NCBI GenBank assembly: GCA_963738925.1
Contig: CAVTYE010000001.1
Span: 770,159-834,158 of the forward strand
DNA length: 64,000 nt
Reading direction: 5' to 3'
Source: an uncultured Chloroflexia bacterium
GTDB taxonomy: Bacteria > Chloroflexota > Dehalococcoidia > SM23-28-2 > RBG-16-64-32
Part shown: positions 1 to 10,071 of the stretch, piece by piece
Layout: every line of letters starts with the position of its first letter
Position numbering within the stretch: position 1 is the first letter of the stretch
The notes under the pieces: generated by a model
Databases searched by the model: none
Seen by the model: the letters and a program-made list of their open reading frames with translations, nothing else
What the model was told of the DNA's origin: nothing
Translations under genes and position numbers: made by a program

Positions 1-1
1 C

Positions 2-1111
2 GTGCTGACGGCTGACCCTGACGAGGCGCTCTCAACCGACTGCGACATCGTCATCGAGATCATCGGCGGCGAGGAGCCGGCGCACGGCTTCATCAAGCGC
101 GCGCTGGAGCAACGCCGCTATGTGGTGACCGGCAACAAGGAAGTGATGGCCAAGCACGGGCCGCAGCTCCTGGCGATGGCCACCGGCGCCGGCGTCGACA
201 TTCTCTACGAGGCCAGCGTCGGCGGCGGCATCCCGATCATCTCGCCGCTCAAGCGCGACCTCTCCGCCAACGAGCTGACCAGCCTCCGCGCGATCATCAA
301 CGGGACGACGAACTACATCCTTACCAAGATGAGCCGCGAGGGCGCAGACTTCGCCGAGGCGCTGCGCGGGGCCCAGGAGCTGGGCTACGCAGAAGCCGAC
401 CCGACCAACGACGTAGAGGCCCACGACGCCGTCTACAAGCTAGCGATCCTGGCCAGCCTGGCCTTCCACACCACCGTGCGGCCGGAGGACATCCATCGCG
501 AGGGGATCACCAGCCTGACCCCGCGCGACTTCCGCTACGCAGCGGAGCTGGGCTACGCGATCAAGCTCCTGGCCGTGGCGCGGCGCGACCCCGCAGGCGT
601 GGAGGCCCGGGTGCAGCCAACGTTCATCGCCCGCGACGAGTTGCTGGCCAACGTCGACGGAGTGCTCAACGCGGTGCAGGTGGAGGGCGATCTGATCGGC
701 CGGGTGCTCTTCCAGGGCGCAGGCGCAGGCTCCCTGCCCACGACATCGGCCGTGATGGCGGATGTGCTGGACGCTGCGCGCTCGATCGTGCTGGGCGGCA
801 AGCCTTCCCCCTGGCGGTATACTGCCGACATGGCCGTCGTCCCCATCTCCGGCCTCGTGAGCCGGCACTACATCCGCCTGGAAGTCGCTGACCAGCCCGG
901 CGTGCTAGCTGTGATCGCCCGCGCCTTCGGCGACCACGGCGTCAGCATCGCCTCCGTCATCCAGAAAGAGACCGATGACGCCGTCTCCACGGCCGAGCTC
1001 GTGATCATGACCCACGCCGCGCCGGAGTCGGCCGTGAGCGCCAGCCTGGACCAGATCGCCGGCGTCAAGGAAGTGACCCAGGTCGGCAGCGTCTTGCGGG
1101 TGGAGGAGTAG
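2..1111 (+). CDS. hom: homoserine dehydrogenase (5' end outside window)
   Basis: ORF translation has the Hom catalytic core and a C-terminal ACT domain. The frame is open at the window start. Confidence 0.9.
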   Translation: MLTADPDEALSTDCDIVIEIIGGEEPAHGFIKRALEQRRYVVTGNKEVMAKHGPQLLAMATGAGVDILYEASVGGGIPIISPLKRDLSANELTSLRAIINGTTNYILTKMSREGADFAEALRGAQELGYAEADPTNDVEAHDAVYKLAILASLAFHTTVRPEDIHREGITSLTPRDFRYAAELGYAIKLLAVARRDPAGVEARVQPTFIARDELLANVDGVLNAVQVEGDLIGRVLFQGAGAGSLPTTSAVMADVLDAARSIVLGGKPSPWRYTADMAVVPISGLVSRHYIRLEVADQPGVLAVIARAFGDHGVSIASVIQKETDDAVSTAELVIMTHAAPESAVSASLDQIAGVKEVTQVGSVLRVEE

Positions 1112-1113
1112 AG

Positions 1114-2133
1114 ATGGTCGCCAAATCCCGCGGCAAGTCTGGCTCCGGCGATAGCAGCGCCCCGGCAGAGTGGATCGAGACTGAGCTGCGCGAGACGAAG
1201 GGCCGCCTGCACAAGGTGGAGAGCGAATTGGCCCAGGCACTGAAGCAGACCTACGGCCTGGAAGCAGAGATGCGCAAGCTGATGGAGTCGCTAGCAGTAT
1301 CCGGCTCCGTCGAGGCGGCGCTGGGGTCTTTCCGCGAGGAAGTCCGGCAGCTGCGGGAGATGGCGAGCAGGCTCCAGGACCGCCAGGCCGCGGTGACTAC
1401 TCGCCTGGAGCAGGTCGCGAGCCAGCGGCAATCGGACAGCGGCCGCGACCGCCAGGAGATAGCACTCGCCGTCAAGCAGGTCGAAACCCTCAACCGGGTG
1501 ATCGAGCAGAACGACGGGCGCATGAAGACGCTGGAAGAGGCGGCGCGCCACCTGGAAGAGGAAGTCGCCGGCGCCCGCCTGGCGGACCAGTCCCTGGAGC
1601 GGACGCTGGAAGAGATCAACACGCGCACCGCCCGCCTCAACGAAGCGACCCTACGGCTCGATCACGAGTCCGGACGCGCCTCCGGCGAGCTGGCCCGGCT
1701 GGAGCAGACAAACGAGGCGCTGACCGACCGTCTCGGCGCTTTCCTGGAACAGCTGCGGCGGGCGCTGGAGCGCATGGACAAGCTGGAAACGCTCAGCACC
1801 TTCGCCGACGAGACACGCGAAGGCATGCAACGGGCTGCCGCAGAGCGCGACTCCATCGTGCAGAAGGTCGCGCACATGGAGCACCTGTGCAGCCAGCTAG
1901 CCGAGGCCAGCGCCGAGTTCGGGCAGACCCTGGCCAAGCTGGAGCAGCGGAGCCAGGCCCAGGGCGCCGAGATTCTGGCGCAGGCCGGCGGCCTCCAGGA
2001 CCTGACCGACCAGACCAAGGCCAGCATCAAAAAGATCTACACCACGCTCCTGCGCCAGGGCCGACGCCGCTCCGAGGCGCTGAACAACGAGATCAAGGAC
2101 CTGACCCAGGGTGAAGTCCACGCCAACGACTGA
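1114..2133 (+). CDS. coiled-coil protein of unknown function
   Basis: 339-aa ORF with heptad-like E/L/R/Q/A-rich composition. The ATG lies 3 nt after the hom stop and the 3' end overlaps the thrC start by 23 nt, consistent with translational coupling. Confidence 0.55.
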   Translation: MVAKSRGKSGSGDSSAPAEWIETELRETKGRLHKVESELAQALKQTYGLEAEMRKLMESLAVSGSVEAALGSFREEVRQLREMASRLQDRQAAVTTRLEQVASQRQSDSGRDRQEIALAVKQVETLNRVIEQNDGRMKTLEEAARHLEEEVAGARLADQSLERTLEEINTRTARLNEATLRLDHESGRASGELARLEQTNEALTDRLGAFLEQLRRALERMDKLETLSTFADETREGMQRAAAERDSIVQKVAHMEHLCSQLAEASAEFGQTLAKLEQRSQAQGAEILAQAGGLQDLTDQTKASIKKIYTTLLRQGRRRSEALNNEIKDLTQGEVHAND

Positions 2134-3187
2134 GCCAACCCGGCGCGGCGTCCTGCACCACTACCGCGAACGCCTGCCGGTAACCGACAAGACGCCGATG
2201 ATCTCGCTCGGCGAAGGGGACACGCCGCTTGTCCTCTCCCGGCGGCTGGTAGAACGCGTCGGTTGCCGCGAGCTCTGGTTCAAGCTGGAGCTGTGCAACC
2301 CCACCGGCTCCTTCAAGGACCGCGGCATGGTCGTCGCCGTCGCCAAGGCGGCAGAGGCCGGCGCCGAAAAAGTCCTCTGCGCCTCCACCGGCAACACCAG
2401 CGCCTCCGCCGCCGCCTACGCGGCCCACCTGGGAATCGAGGCCTATGTGCTGGTCCCCCACGGCCGCATCGCCCAGGGCAAGCTGGCCCAGGCGATCGCG
2501 CACGGAGCGCGGGTGATCGGCGTGCGCGGCAACTTCGACGAGGCGCTGAAGGTGGCGCGGCTGATCAGCGAGAGCCACCCGGTGGCGCTGGTCAACTCGA
2601 TCAACCCCAACCGCATCGAAGGCCAGAAGACCGCCGCCTTCGAGATCGCCGACGCGATGGGCGACGCGCCGGACGCCGTGTTCATCCCGGTCGGCAACGC
2701 GGGCAACATCACGGCCTACTGGCGCGGCTTCGTCGAGTACTACCAGGCCGAGATATCGACGAAAAAGCCGCGGATGATGGGCTGGCAGGCCGCGGGCGCC
2801 GCGCCGATCGTGCTGGGCCATCCAGTGGAGGACCCGCAGACCGTCGCCTCGGCGATCCGCATCGGCAACCCGGCCAGCTGGCGCTTCGCGGAGGCCGCCC
2901 GCGACGAGTCCGGTGGCGCGATCAACTCCGTGACTGACGAAGAGATCCTGGAGGCGTACCGCCTGCTGGCCCAGGAAGAGGGCATCTTCTGCGAGCCGGC
3001 GTCCGCCGCGTCGCTCGCCGGGCTAATCAAGCACGCCGCCACGAACAGCGTCGCCGACCAGCGCATCGTCTGCATCATCACCGGCCACGGTCTCAAGGAC
3101 CCGGAGACGGCGATGAAGATCGAAGCGAAGACATCCGAAGTTGACGCGGACCTCGCCGCCGTCGAAGCGGCAATGGGACTGGGCTAA
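2111..3187 (+). CDS. thrC: threonine synthase
   Basis: Colinear with short-form ThrC: HxYxExLPVTD N-terminus, PLP-lysine motif SFKDRG and GNTSAS motif. Confidence 0.9.
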   Translation: MKSTPTTEPTRRGVLHHYRERLPVTDKTPMISLGEGDTPLVLSRRLVERVGCRELWFKLELCNPTGSFKDRGMVVAVAKAAEAGAEKVLCASTGNTSASAAAYAAHLGIEAYVLVPHGRIAQGKLAQAIAHGARVIGVRGNFDEALKVARLISESHPVALVNSINPNRIEGQKTAAFEIADAMGDAPDAVFIPVGNAGNITAYWRGFVEYYQAEISTKKPRMMGWQAAGAAPIVLGHPVEDPQTVASAIRIGNPASWRFAEAARDESGGAINSVTDEEILEAYRLLAQEEGIFCEPASAASLAGLIKHAATNSVADQRIVCIITGHGLKDPETAMKIEAKTSEVDADLAAVEAAMGLG

Positions 3188-3188
3188 G

Positions 3189-3584
3189 CTAGTTCGCCGG
3201 CTGCGGAGTGAGGAGCTTGGCCACCGCCGCCAGCAGCTGTTCCGGATCGAACGGCTTGGCGAGCACGGCGAAGTTGGCTACTGGCTCTATCTCTGCGAAG
3301 CGCCGCTGAATCTGCATCGGATCCGCTGTACAGAGCAGGACCGGGATGTGCCTGGTCGCATCGTCCAGTCTTAGCGTCTGGAGGAGCGTCCAGCCCACGT
3401 CCTGCACCTCCAGCCAGGTGTCGATCATGATCACGTCCGGCTGTTCCCGGGCTATGATGTCGTGCGCTGCCGTACCGGAGGGGCAGAGGATTGGCGTGTA
3501 ATCGTTGCTCCTGAAGATCCGGTCGATCAGCCGCAGGAACACGGCGTCGTGGTTGACTACTGCAATGCGAACAGAACTCGCCAT
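3189..3584 (-). CDS. stand-alone response-regulator receiver domain protein (CheY-like)
   Basis: 131 aa with a receiver-fold pattern and conserved Asp in VIMIDTWL. No output domain. Confidence 0.7.
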   Translation of the reverse strand: MASSVRIAVVNHDAVFLRLIDRIFRSNDYTPILCPSGTAAHDIIAREQPDVIMIDTWLEVQDVGWTLLQTLRLDDATRHIPVLLCTADPMQIQRRFAEIEPVANFAVLAKPFDPEQLLAAVAKLLTPQPAN

Positions 3585-3793
3585 TGTCGAGAATCCTCTC
3601 CGACAAAGGCGGCACCCGTTCTGCGAGAAATCTCGGCTGGGGCCTCTGCCCTATGAACTGTTGCTTCCACTGTACGCCTCTTTTCACAGGGCCATTCGCA
3701 TTTCGATAGAGCCATGTGGCCAAATCGGCGGAATCTTTGCTCTGCTACAATTACGTTCCGTAAGCGCCGCCCCACGAGCGCGAGCCCCTCACT

Positions 3794-4369
3794 ATGCAGA
3801 CTACAGTTGGAATCGACCAGGCGCGCATCGCCCGCGCCGTCAGCGAGATCATCGCTGCCATTGGCGAGGACCCGCGCCGCGAAGGCCTGCTGGAGACGCC
3901 GGAGCGCATCGGCCGCCTCTACGCGGAGCTCTTCTCCGGCCTGACCCAGGACCCGCTGGACGTCCTCCGCCGCGGATTCGAGGAGCAGCACAAGGAGATG
4001 GTGATCCTGAAGGACATTCCCTTCTACTCCCTCTGCGAACACCACTTCCTGCCGTTCCACGGCGCGGCGCATGTCGGTTACGTGCCGGAAGGGCGCATCG
4101 TCGGCGTCAGCAAGCTGGCTCGCGTCGTCGATATACTGGCGCGGCGGCCGCAGCTGCAGGAGCGCCTGACAAGCCAGGTCGCCGACGCGATCATGGAAGG
4201 CCTGCACCCGGACGGCGTCGCCGTCGTGATCGAGGCGGAGCACCTTTGCATGACGATGCGCGGTGTCCAGAAGCCAGGCGCTCGCATGATCACCTCCGCC
4301 ATTCGCGGCGGCTTCCGCAGGCGGGGCGTGACGCGATCAGAGTTCCTCTCGCTCGTCCACGGGAAGTGA
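3794..4369 (+). CDS. folE: GTP cyclohydrolase I
   Basis: Motifs CEHHFLPF and GYVP. Typical 191-aa FolE. Confidence 0.9.
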   Translation: MQTTVGIDQARIARAVSEIIAAIGEDPRREGLLETPERIGRLYAELFSGLTQDPLDVLRRGFEEQHKEMVILKDIPFYSLCEHHFLPFHGAAHVGYVPEGRIVGVSKLARVVDILARRPQLQERLTSQVADAIMEGLHPDGVAVVIEAEHLCMTMRGVQKPGARMITSAIRGGFRRRGVTRSEFLSLVHGK

Positions 4370-4485
4370 CGACGATAGTGGCCGCAGATTGTCGCGGGGC
4401 ACTCAGATTATTTGGGCCACAGATGAGCACAGATGAGACACAGATCACTTTTCTTTCGGTGTTCGGGTTCTAGCCTGACACGCAC

Positions 4486-5469
4486 ATGACCCTGACAGTC
4501 GCGCGGGAAGAGCTGGCGGCGCTGGAACCGGAGTGGCGGGAGATCCTGCCGCGCTCCAGCTATGCGCCGGTGTTTCTCTCGCCAACGTGGCTGCGCACGT
4601 GGTGGGGCGAATTCGGCGCAGGCCGCGAGCTGCTGCTGCTCTCCCTGCGAGACGACGACGGGCGCCTGGCCGGCGTTGTGCCGCTGATGCGCGAAGGACG
4701 AAGCCTCTCTTTCGCCGGCGACACCGAGGTCTGCGATTACATGGACTTCCCCTGCGCCGCCGGCCGCGAGACGGAGGTGCTGGCCGCGCTCTTCCGTTCC
4801 CTGGGCGAGGAGCCGTGGGATGAGCTGCGCATGTGGGCGATGCGGGAAGACTCTCCGTTGTTGGCGGCGCTGCCCGGCGTCTGCGCGGAGTTCGGGCTGA
4901 CCTTCGCCAGCGAAGCGGAGGACGTCTGCCCGCAGATCGCCCTGCCCGGGGACTTCGAAGAGTACGTGTCCGGCCTCGACAAGAAGGACCGCCACGAGCT
5001 GCGCCGAAAGCTGCGCAAGCTCCCACAGGCCGGCGAGGTTGAGCTGGAAGTGCTGGAATCGCCGGCGGAGGTCGAGGCGGCGCTCGACGACTTCCTCTGG
5101 ATGCACCGGGAGTCGCGATCGGACAAGGCGGCGTTCATGACCGAGCAGATGGAGTCGTTCTTCCGCCGTCTGGTGCTGAACCTGGCTGCCGAGTCGCTGA
5201 TCGAAATGATCTTCCTCAAGCTCGGCGGCAAGCGCACTGCCTGTGTTCTCTGCTTCCGCGGCGAAGGCGAGACCCTGCTCTACAACAGCGGCTACGACCC
5301 GGCCTACGCGCCGTTTTCAGTCGGGCTGCTGTCCAAGGCGCTGGCCCTCCAGCGCGCGATCGGGGCCGGCCAGAAGCGCTTCGATTTCCTGCGCGGCCAC
5401 GAACGATACAAGTACGAGCTGGGCGCGAAGGACCTGAACGTCTACAAGGTGGAGATACGCCGGGCCTGA
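4486..5469 (+). CDS. GNAT-superfamily acetyltransferase (CelD/FemAB-like, Acetyltransf_6 type)
   Basis: 327 aa with a C-terminal FLRGxERYKYELGA motif typical of the CelD/BioF2-like family. Functional assignment is tentative. Confidence 0.5.
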   Translation: MTLTVAREELAALEPEWREILPRSSYAPVFLSPTWLRTWWGEFGAGRELLLLSLRDDDGRLAGVVPLMREGRSLSFAGDTEVCDYMDFPCAAGRETEVLAALFRSLGEEPWDELRMWAMREDSPLLAALPGVCAEFGLTFASEAEDVCPQIALPGDFEEYVSGLDKKDRHELRRKLRKLPQAGEVELEVLESPAEVEAALDDFLWMHRESRSDKAAFMTEQMESFFRRLVLNLAAESLIEMIFLKLGGKRTACVLCFRGEGETLLYNSGYDPAYAPFSVGLLSKALALQRAIGAGQKRFDFLRGHERYKYELGAKDLNVYKVEIRRA

Positions 5470-5481
5470 CCTGCCGTATTA

Positions 5482-6738
5482 TTGGAAGTACGCCCCATGT
5501 GCAAGATAGCCGTAATCTCAGTACACACATCGCCCCTGGCCAGGCCGGGTACCCGCGACAGCGGCGGCCTGAACGTCTACGTTCGTGAGCTGAGCCGGGA
5601 GATGGCGAAGCGCGGCCACACGATGGACATCTTCACCCGCCGCACGGACCCCGCCACGCCAGAAGTCACCCGCATCGACGAAGGCACACGCGTCATCCAG
5701 GTGGCCGCCGGGCCGCTGGACGCCGACAAGGCCGCGCAGCGCCGCTACCTGGAGACGTTCCGCAAGGGCGCGATGGCGTTCGCTGAACGCCAGGGCTGGG
5801 GCGGTGGGCCGCACTACGACCTGGTACACAGCCACTACTGGATGTCCGGCTGGGTCGGGCAGACCCTGGCCGACTGCTGGAGCGCCCCGCACGTGGTCAT
5901 GTTCCACACGCTCGCCGAGGCCAAGAACCGCCACCACATGAGCGAGCGTGAGCCCCGCTACCGCATCGCCGGGGAGCGCGTCGTCGCCCGCGGAGCGGAC
6001 CGCATCATCTGCGGCAGCGAGAGCGAGCGTGAGACGCTGATCGACGAGTACAACGTCTCGCCGACGCGGCTGTCCGTCGTGCCCTGCGGCGTCGACGTCG
6101 AACGCTTCCGGCCGCTGGACGCGGTCGAGTCGCGGCTCTCGCTGGGCCTCGACCCGGACGTGCCGGTGCTGCTCTTCATCGGCCGCATCGAGCCGCTGAA
6201 AGGGATCGACGTGCTGATCCGCGCGGCTTCCCAGCTGGACGGCAAGTTCCAGCTGCTGGTCGTCGGCGGCGACGAGAAGGACGCCATGCGCACCCACGAG
6301 CTGCACGTGCTGGCCGAGGAGATGGGCGTTGAGGGGAAAGTCGTCTTCGGTGACGCCGTTCCCCACGACGAGCTGCCGCGCTACTACAGCGCGGCGAGCA
6401 TCTGCGTCGTGCCTTCCTACTACGAAAGCTTCGGGCTGGTGGCGCTGGAGGCGATGGCCTGCGGCGTGCCGGTGATCGCCTCGCGCGTCGGCGGGCTGAA
6501 GGAGACGGTGCAGGACGGCCGCACAGGCTACCTGATCCCCTGGCGCTGCCCGGAGCCGTTTGCCGAGCGGCTGGACCTGCTGCTGACCAACGAGCCGCTC
6601 CGCCGCAGCCTGGGCGAAGAAGCCCGCGAAGTGGCGCAGGGCTACGCCTGGCCGCTGATCGCCGAGCAGGTGGAGAGCGTCTACCACGACCTGGTGTCCC
6701 GCTACCGCGGCGTCGCTGTTGGCGCGCACGTGGCGTAG
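5482..6738 (+). CDS. GT4 glycosyltransferase, MshA-like (D-inositol-3-phosphate GlcNAc transferase family)
   Basis: N-terminal HTSPLARPGTRDSGGLNVYV closely resembles the MshA signature HTSPLQQPGTGDSGGMNVY. The C-terminal half is a GT4 E-x7-E region. Confidence 0.75.
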   Translation: MEVRPMCKIAVISVHTSPLARPGTRDSGGLNVYVRELSREMAKRGHTMDIFTRRTDPATPEVTRIDEGTRVIQVAAGPLDADKAAQRRYLETFRKGAMAFAERQGWGGGPHYDLVHSHYWMSGWVGQTLADCWSAPHVVMFHTLAEAKNRHHMSEREPRYRIAGERVVARGADRIICGSESERETLIDEYNVSPTRLSVVPCGVDVERFRPLDAVESRLSLGLDPDVPVLLFIGRIEPLKGIDVLIRAASQLDGKFQLLVVGGDEKDAMRTHELHVLAEEMGVEGKVVFGDAVPHDELPRYYSAASICVVPSYYESFGLVALEAMACGVPVIASRVGGLKETVQDGRTGYLIPWRCPEPFAERLDLLLTNEPLRRSLGEEAREVAQGYAWPLIAEQVESVYHDLVSRYRGVAVGAHVA

Positions 6739-6794
6739 CCGATGGCCGGCGTTTGATGCTGCCTGTTCGATATTTGTAGACTGTAGTCCCGTGG

Positions 6795-6851
6795 GTCAGG
6801 GCCCCAGCCCTGACCGTTTGCGGCCAATCCGGCCGAGGCTGGGGCCTCGGC
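6795..6851. other. two tandem GC-rich perfect hairpins (8-bp stems) downstream of the GT4 gene
   Basis: GTCAGGGC-CCCA-GCCCTGAC followed by GCCGAGGC-TGGG-GCCTCGGC. There is no T-run. Possible T-run-independent terminator or REP-like element. Confidence 0.3.
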
Positions 6852-6869
6852 TCTACGAGTGACTCACAC

Positions 6870-7583
6870 ATGACCCACGTAGACAAGAAGCAGAAGCACC
6901 CCAAGACGGCGATGGTGATCGTCGCCCACCCGGACGACGCCGAGTTCCTCTGCGGCGGCACGGTCGCCAAGCTCGTGCAGAGCGGCTGGAAGGTCTACTA
7001 CATGCTGACCACCAGCGGCGACATGGGCAGCAAGGACCCCGAGATGACCCGCGAGAAGCTCGGCAAGCTGCGGGAAGAGGAGCAGAGCGCCGCCTGCGAC
7101 GTCCTTGGCGTCAAGGAAGTGATCTACCTGCGCTACCCGGACGGCTTCGTCGAAGACACGGCGGAGATGCGCGGCCGCATCGTGCGGGAGCTGCGGCGCC
7201 TGAAGCCGCACACCGTGATCACCTGGAACCCCTTCCGCACATCGTTCACCCACCGCGATCACCGGCTCACCGGCCAGGCCGCCGTCGACGCCGTCTTCCC
7301 GCTGGCCCGCGACCCGCTGGCCTACCCGGAGCACATCGCTGAAGGGCTGAAGGAGCACCGGGTGATGGAGCTGCTCCTGGCCGGGGACAATCCGGACTAC
7401 TGGGTGGAGATCCCCGAAGAGGCTTTCAAGGTCAAGATGGCGGCGCTGCGCAAGCATACGAGCCAGATCGGCTCGGCGCCGATCCCGGAGCTGAAGAAGC
7501 GGCTGCGGGCGCGAATGAAGGAAGCCGGCAAAGAGAACGGCTACAAGCTGGCGGAGGGCTTCCGCCGCATGGCCTGGAGCTGA
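6870..7583 (+). CDS. PIG-L/LmbE family N-acetylglucosaminyl deacetylase (MshB/BshB-like)
   Basis: N-terminal VIVAHPDDAEFLCGGT motif, the PIG-L family signature. Confidence 0.75.
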   Translation: MTHVDKKQKHPKTAMVIVAHPDDAEFLCGGTVAKLVQSGWKVYYMLTTSGDMGSKDPEMTREKLGKLREEEQSAACDVLGVKEVIYLRYPDGFVEDTAEMRGRIVRELRRLKPHTVITWNPFRTSFTHRDHRLTGQAAVDAVFPLARDPLAYPEHIAEGLKEHRVMELLLAGDNPDYWVEIPEEAFKVKMAALRKHTSQIGSAPIPELKKRLRARMKEAGKENGYKLAEGFRRMAWS

Positions 7584-7585
7584 GC

Positions 7586-8509
7586 TTGGAGTCGGTCTCC
7601 ACCGCCTGCGTCTACATCGCCCTGGGCACCACCGGCCTGGCCTGCGCGCTCTACTGGGCCCACCTGCTGGGACTGCGGCTGGTGATGCGGCGGATGGCGA
7701 CCGACCTGGGCGGCGGCCCCGGCCTCGTCACGATCGAGCGGGGGGACACCAACGGGTGGGCCGAGTCCGTTGGCACGGCGGCGACCGGCGCGACCTGGGT
7801 CTCGCTGGCGATTCTCATCGGCGCCCTCGCTGCCCGCTGGGACGCCGTGGGTCACGCGCCGTGGTCCAACATGTACGAGTTCACCACTGCCTTCGCCACG
7901 GCTATCCTCGGCTTCTACGCCGTCTTCGAGCGGATCTACGTGCGGCCGCACAGCCCGCGCTCGTTGCGGGCGCTGGGCGGGCTGGCGCTGCCGGTCGTCT
8001 TCGTAATGCTGGCGGTCAGCGTGATCTTCTTCCCCTCCGATGTGCATGCGCTGGTGCCGGCGCTGCAGAACAGCGATCTGCTGGCGATCCACGTGGCGGC
8101 GATGATCATCGCCTACTCGGCGCTGAGCGTCTCCTTCGTCGCCGGGGCGCTCTACATCGTGCAGGGGGGCGACAAGAACCGCTACGCCCGGCTGCCGAAG
8201 TCCCGGACGCTGGACGAGATCGCCTACAAGTCGGTGATGATCGGCTTCCCGGTGCTGGCGGCGGGCATCGCCCTGGGCGCCTACTGGGCCAACCACGCCT
8301 GGGGCCGCTACTGGGGCTGGGACCCCAAGGAGACCTCGGCGCTGGTCACCTGGCTGATCTACGGCGTCTACCTGCACATGCGCGGCCTGCGCAAGTGGGC
8401 GGGAATGCGCTCGGCGTACATCCTGGTGGTGGGCTTCGGGGCCGTGATGTTCACCTACTTCGTCGTCAACCTCTGGGTCTCCGGCCTGCACAGCTACGCC
8501 GGCGTTTAA
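7586..8509 (+). CDS. ccsA: cytochrome c biogenesis protein CcsA/ResC (system II heme handling)
   Basis: Polytopic membrane protein with the WGxYWGWDPKE tryptophan-rich WWD motif. Confidence 0.8.
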   Translation: MESVSTACVYIALGTTGLACALYWAHLLGLRLVMRRMATDLGGGPGLVTIERGDTNGWAESVGTAATGATWVSLAILIGALAARWDAVGHAPWSNMYEFTTAFATAILGFYAVFERIYVRPHSPRSLRALGGLALPVVFVMLAVSVIFFPSDVHALVPALQNSDLLAIHVAAMIIAYSALSVSFVAGALYIVQGGDKNRYARLPKSRTLDEIAYKSVMIGFPVLAAGIALGAYWANHAWGRYWGWDPKETSALVTWLIYGVYLHMRGLRKWAGMRSAYILVVGFGAVMFTYFVVNLWVSGLHSYAGV

Positions 8510-8585
8510 CCTTCCGCATCTTGCGGGCTCAGCGGCGGCAGGTCATAATCCATCCGCAAAACAGCTAGCAGAAGGAGATCGAACC

Positions 8586-9104
8586 TTGGACGCCGTAACC
8601 CTGCTCAACCAGTCGATCGAGACAGCTCATTGGGTCGCCGAAGGAACTTTGAACGGCGTTGACGACGCGCTGTGCCACAAGCTCCCGGGCGGCCAGGCCC
8701 ACCCGATCAGCGCTCTCTACGCGCACATGGTCGGCGGCGAGGACTTCCTGGTCCAGACGATGCTCGCGGGCAAGCCACCGCTGGCCGCCGGCGAATGGGC
8801 CGGCAAGACCGGAATCAGCGAGCCGCCGCCCGGACCGGAGGGCGATGCCCTGGCCTGGGCACAGAGGGTCAAGGTTGACCTGGACCAGACCCGCAAATAC
8901 GCCGCCGCCGTCTACGAAAACACCAAGAAGTACGTGGCCTCGCTAAGCAGCGACGACCTGGCCGGGGAGGTCGAGCTGCCGGGGTTCGGGAAGAACACGC
9001 GGTCATACTTCCTCAACGTTATCTGCGTGGTCCACGTCTCCACCCATTGCGGCGAGATCTCGGCGCTCAAGGGTATCAACGGCCTCCAGGGCTACCCCTT
9101 CTAG
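8586..9104 (+). CDS. DinB/YfiT-like (DinB_2) family protein
   Basis: 172 aa with four-helix-bundle DinB-like His pattern. TTG start 10 nt after AAGGAG. Confidence 0.5.
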   Translation: MDAVTLLNQSIETAHWVAEGTLNGVDDALCHKLPGGQAHPISALYAHMVGGEDFLVQTMLAGKPPLAAGEWAGKTGISEPPPGPEGDALAWAQRVKVDLDQTRKYAAAVYENTKKYVASLSSDDLAGEVELPGFGKNTRSYFLNVICVVHVSTHCGEISALKGINGLQGYPF

Positions 9105-9119
9105 GTCGACGGACCGGCG

Positions 9120-10061
9120 TTAGCCCGCCTCCGTGAGCTTGTCGACTTCGGCCATCTCTTCTGGCGTGAGCTTCCACTCGGCGGCCCTGGCGTTGGCCTC
9201 CACCTGCTCCGGCCTGGTGGCCCCGGCGATCACGCTGGGCACGTAGTTGTGGCCGGCCAGCCAGCTGAAGGCCAGGTCCAGCAGCGTCTTGCCGCGCTCT
9301 TTGACGAACGCCTCCAGCTTTTCGACGATGTCGAAGTTCCGGTCGCTCAGCATCTTTTCGCCGCGCGGACCCCAGGCCGCGATGCGGGAATCCTCCGGCG
9401 GCTTCTCGCCGCGCTGGTACTTGCCGGTGAGCAGGCCGCTGGCCAGCGGGAAGTACGGCAGCAGCCCGATCCCGTAGCGCTTGCAGGCCGGCACCACCTC
9501 CTTCTCCACGTCGCGGTTGAGCAGGCTGTATTCGTTCTGGGCGCTGACGAACGGCGTCAGGTGGTGGCTGCGCGCTGTCCAGTCGTCATCGGCGACCATC
9601 CAGCCGGTGACGTTTGAGGAGCCGATGTAGCGCACCTTGCCGGCGTGCACCAGGTCGTTCAGTGCGTCCAGCGTCTCCTCGACGGGCGTCTTGGGATCGC
9701 GGAAGTGGTACTGGTAGAGGTCGATGTAGTCGGTCTGCAGGCGGCGAAGGCTGTCCTCGCAGGCGCGGATGACGTGCCGCCGGGAGCCGCCGCCGTTGAG
9801 GGGGCCCTGGCCGATGGTGACGCCGAACTTGGTGGCGAGGACGATCTCCTTGCGGCGGTCTCCCAGCGCCTTGCCGAGAAACTCCTCCGATCTCGTCCCG
9901 CCGTAGATGTTGGCGGTGTCGAAGAGCGTGACGCCGAGCTCGATCGCCTTGTCGACGACGGCCTTGGTCTGTGCTTCGTCGATCCGCATCCCGAAGTTGT
10001 TGCAGCCGAGTCCGGTGACGGACACCTGCAGTCCTGACTTGCCGAGTGTCTTGTACTCCAT
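9120..10061 (-). CDS. aldo/keto reductase
   Basis: AKR family pattern with LFDTANIYGG near the N-terminus. 313 aa. Confidence 0.85.
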   Translation of the reverse strand: MEYKTLGKSGLQVSVTGLGCNNFGMRIDEAQTKAVVDKAIELGVTLFDTANIYGGTRSEEFLGKALGDRRKEIVLATKFGVTIGQGPLNGGGSRRHVIRACEDSLRRLQTDYIDLYQYHFRDPKTPVEETLDALNDLVHAGKVRYIGSSNVTGWMVADDDWTARSHHLTPFVSAQNEYSLLNRDVEKEVVPACKRYGIGLLPYFPLASGLLTGKYQRGEKPPEDSRIAAWGPRGEKMLSDRNFDIVEKLEAFVKERGKTLLDLAFSWLAGHNYVPSVIAGATRPEQVEANARAAEWKLTPEEMAEVDKLTEAG

Positions 10062-10071
10062 GGGGCTCCTT

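Noticed and set aside
6739-6869. Possible tRNA or small RNA in the GC-rich hairpin region after the GT4 gene
   Set aside because: Two simple perfect hairpins only. There is no cloverleaf, no T-loop GTTCRANNC and no anticodon arm.
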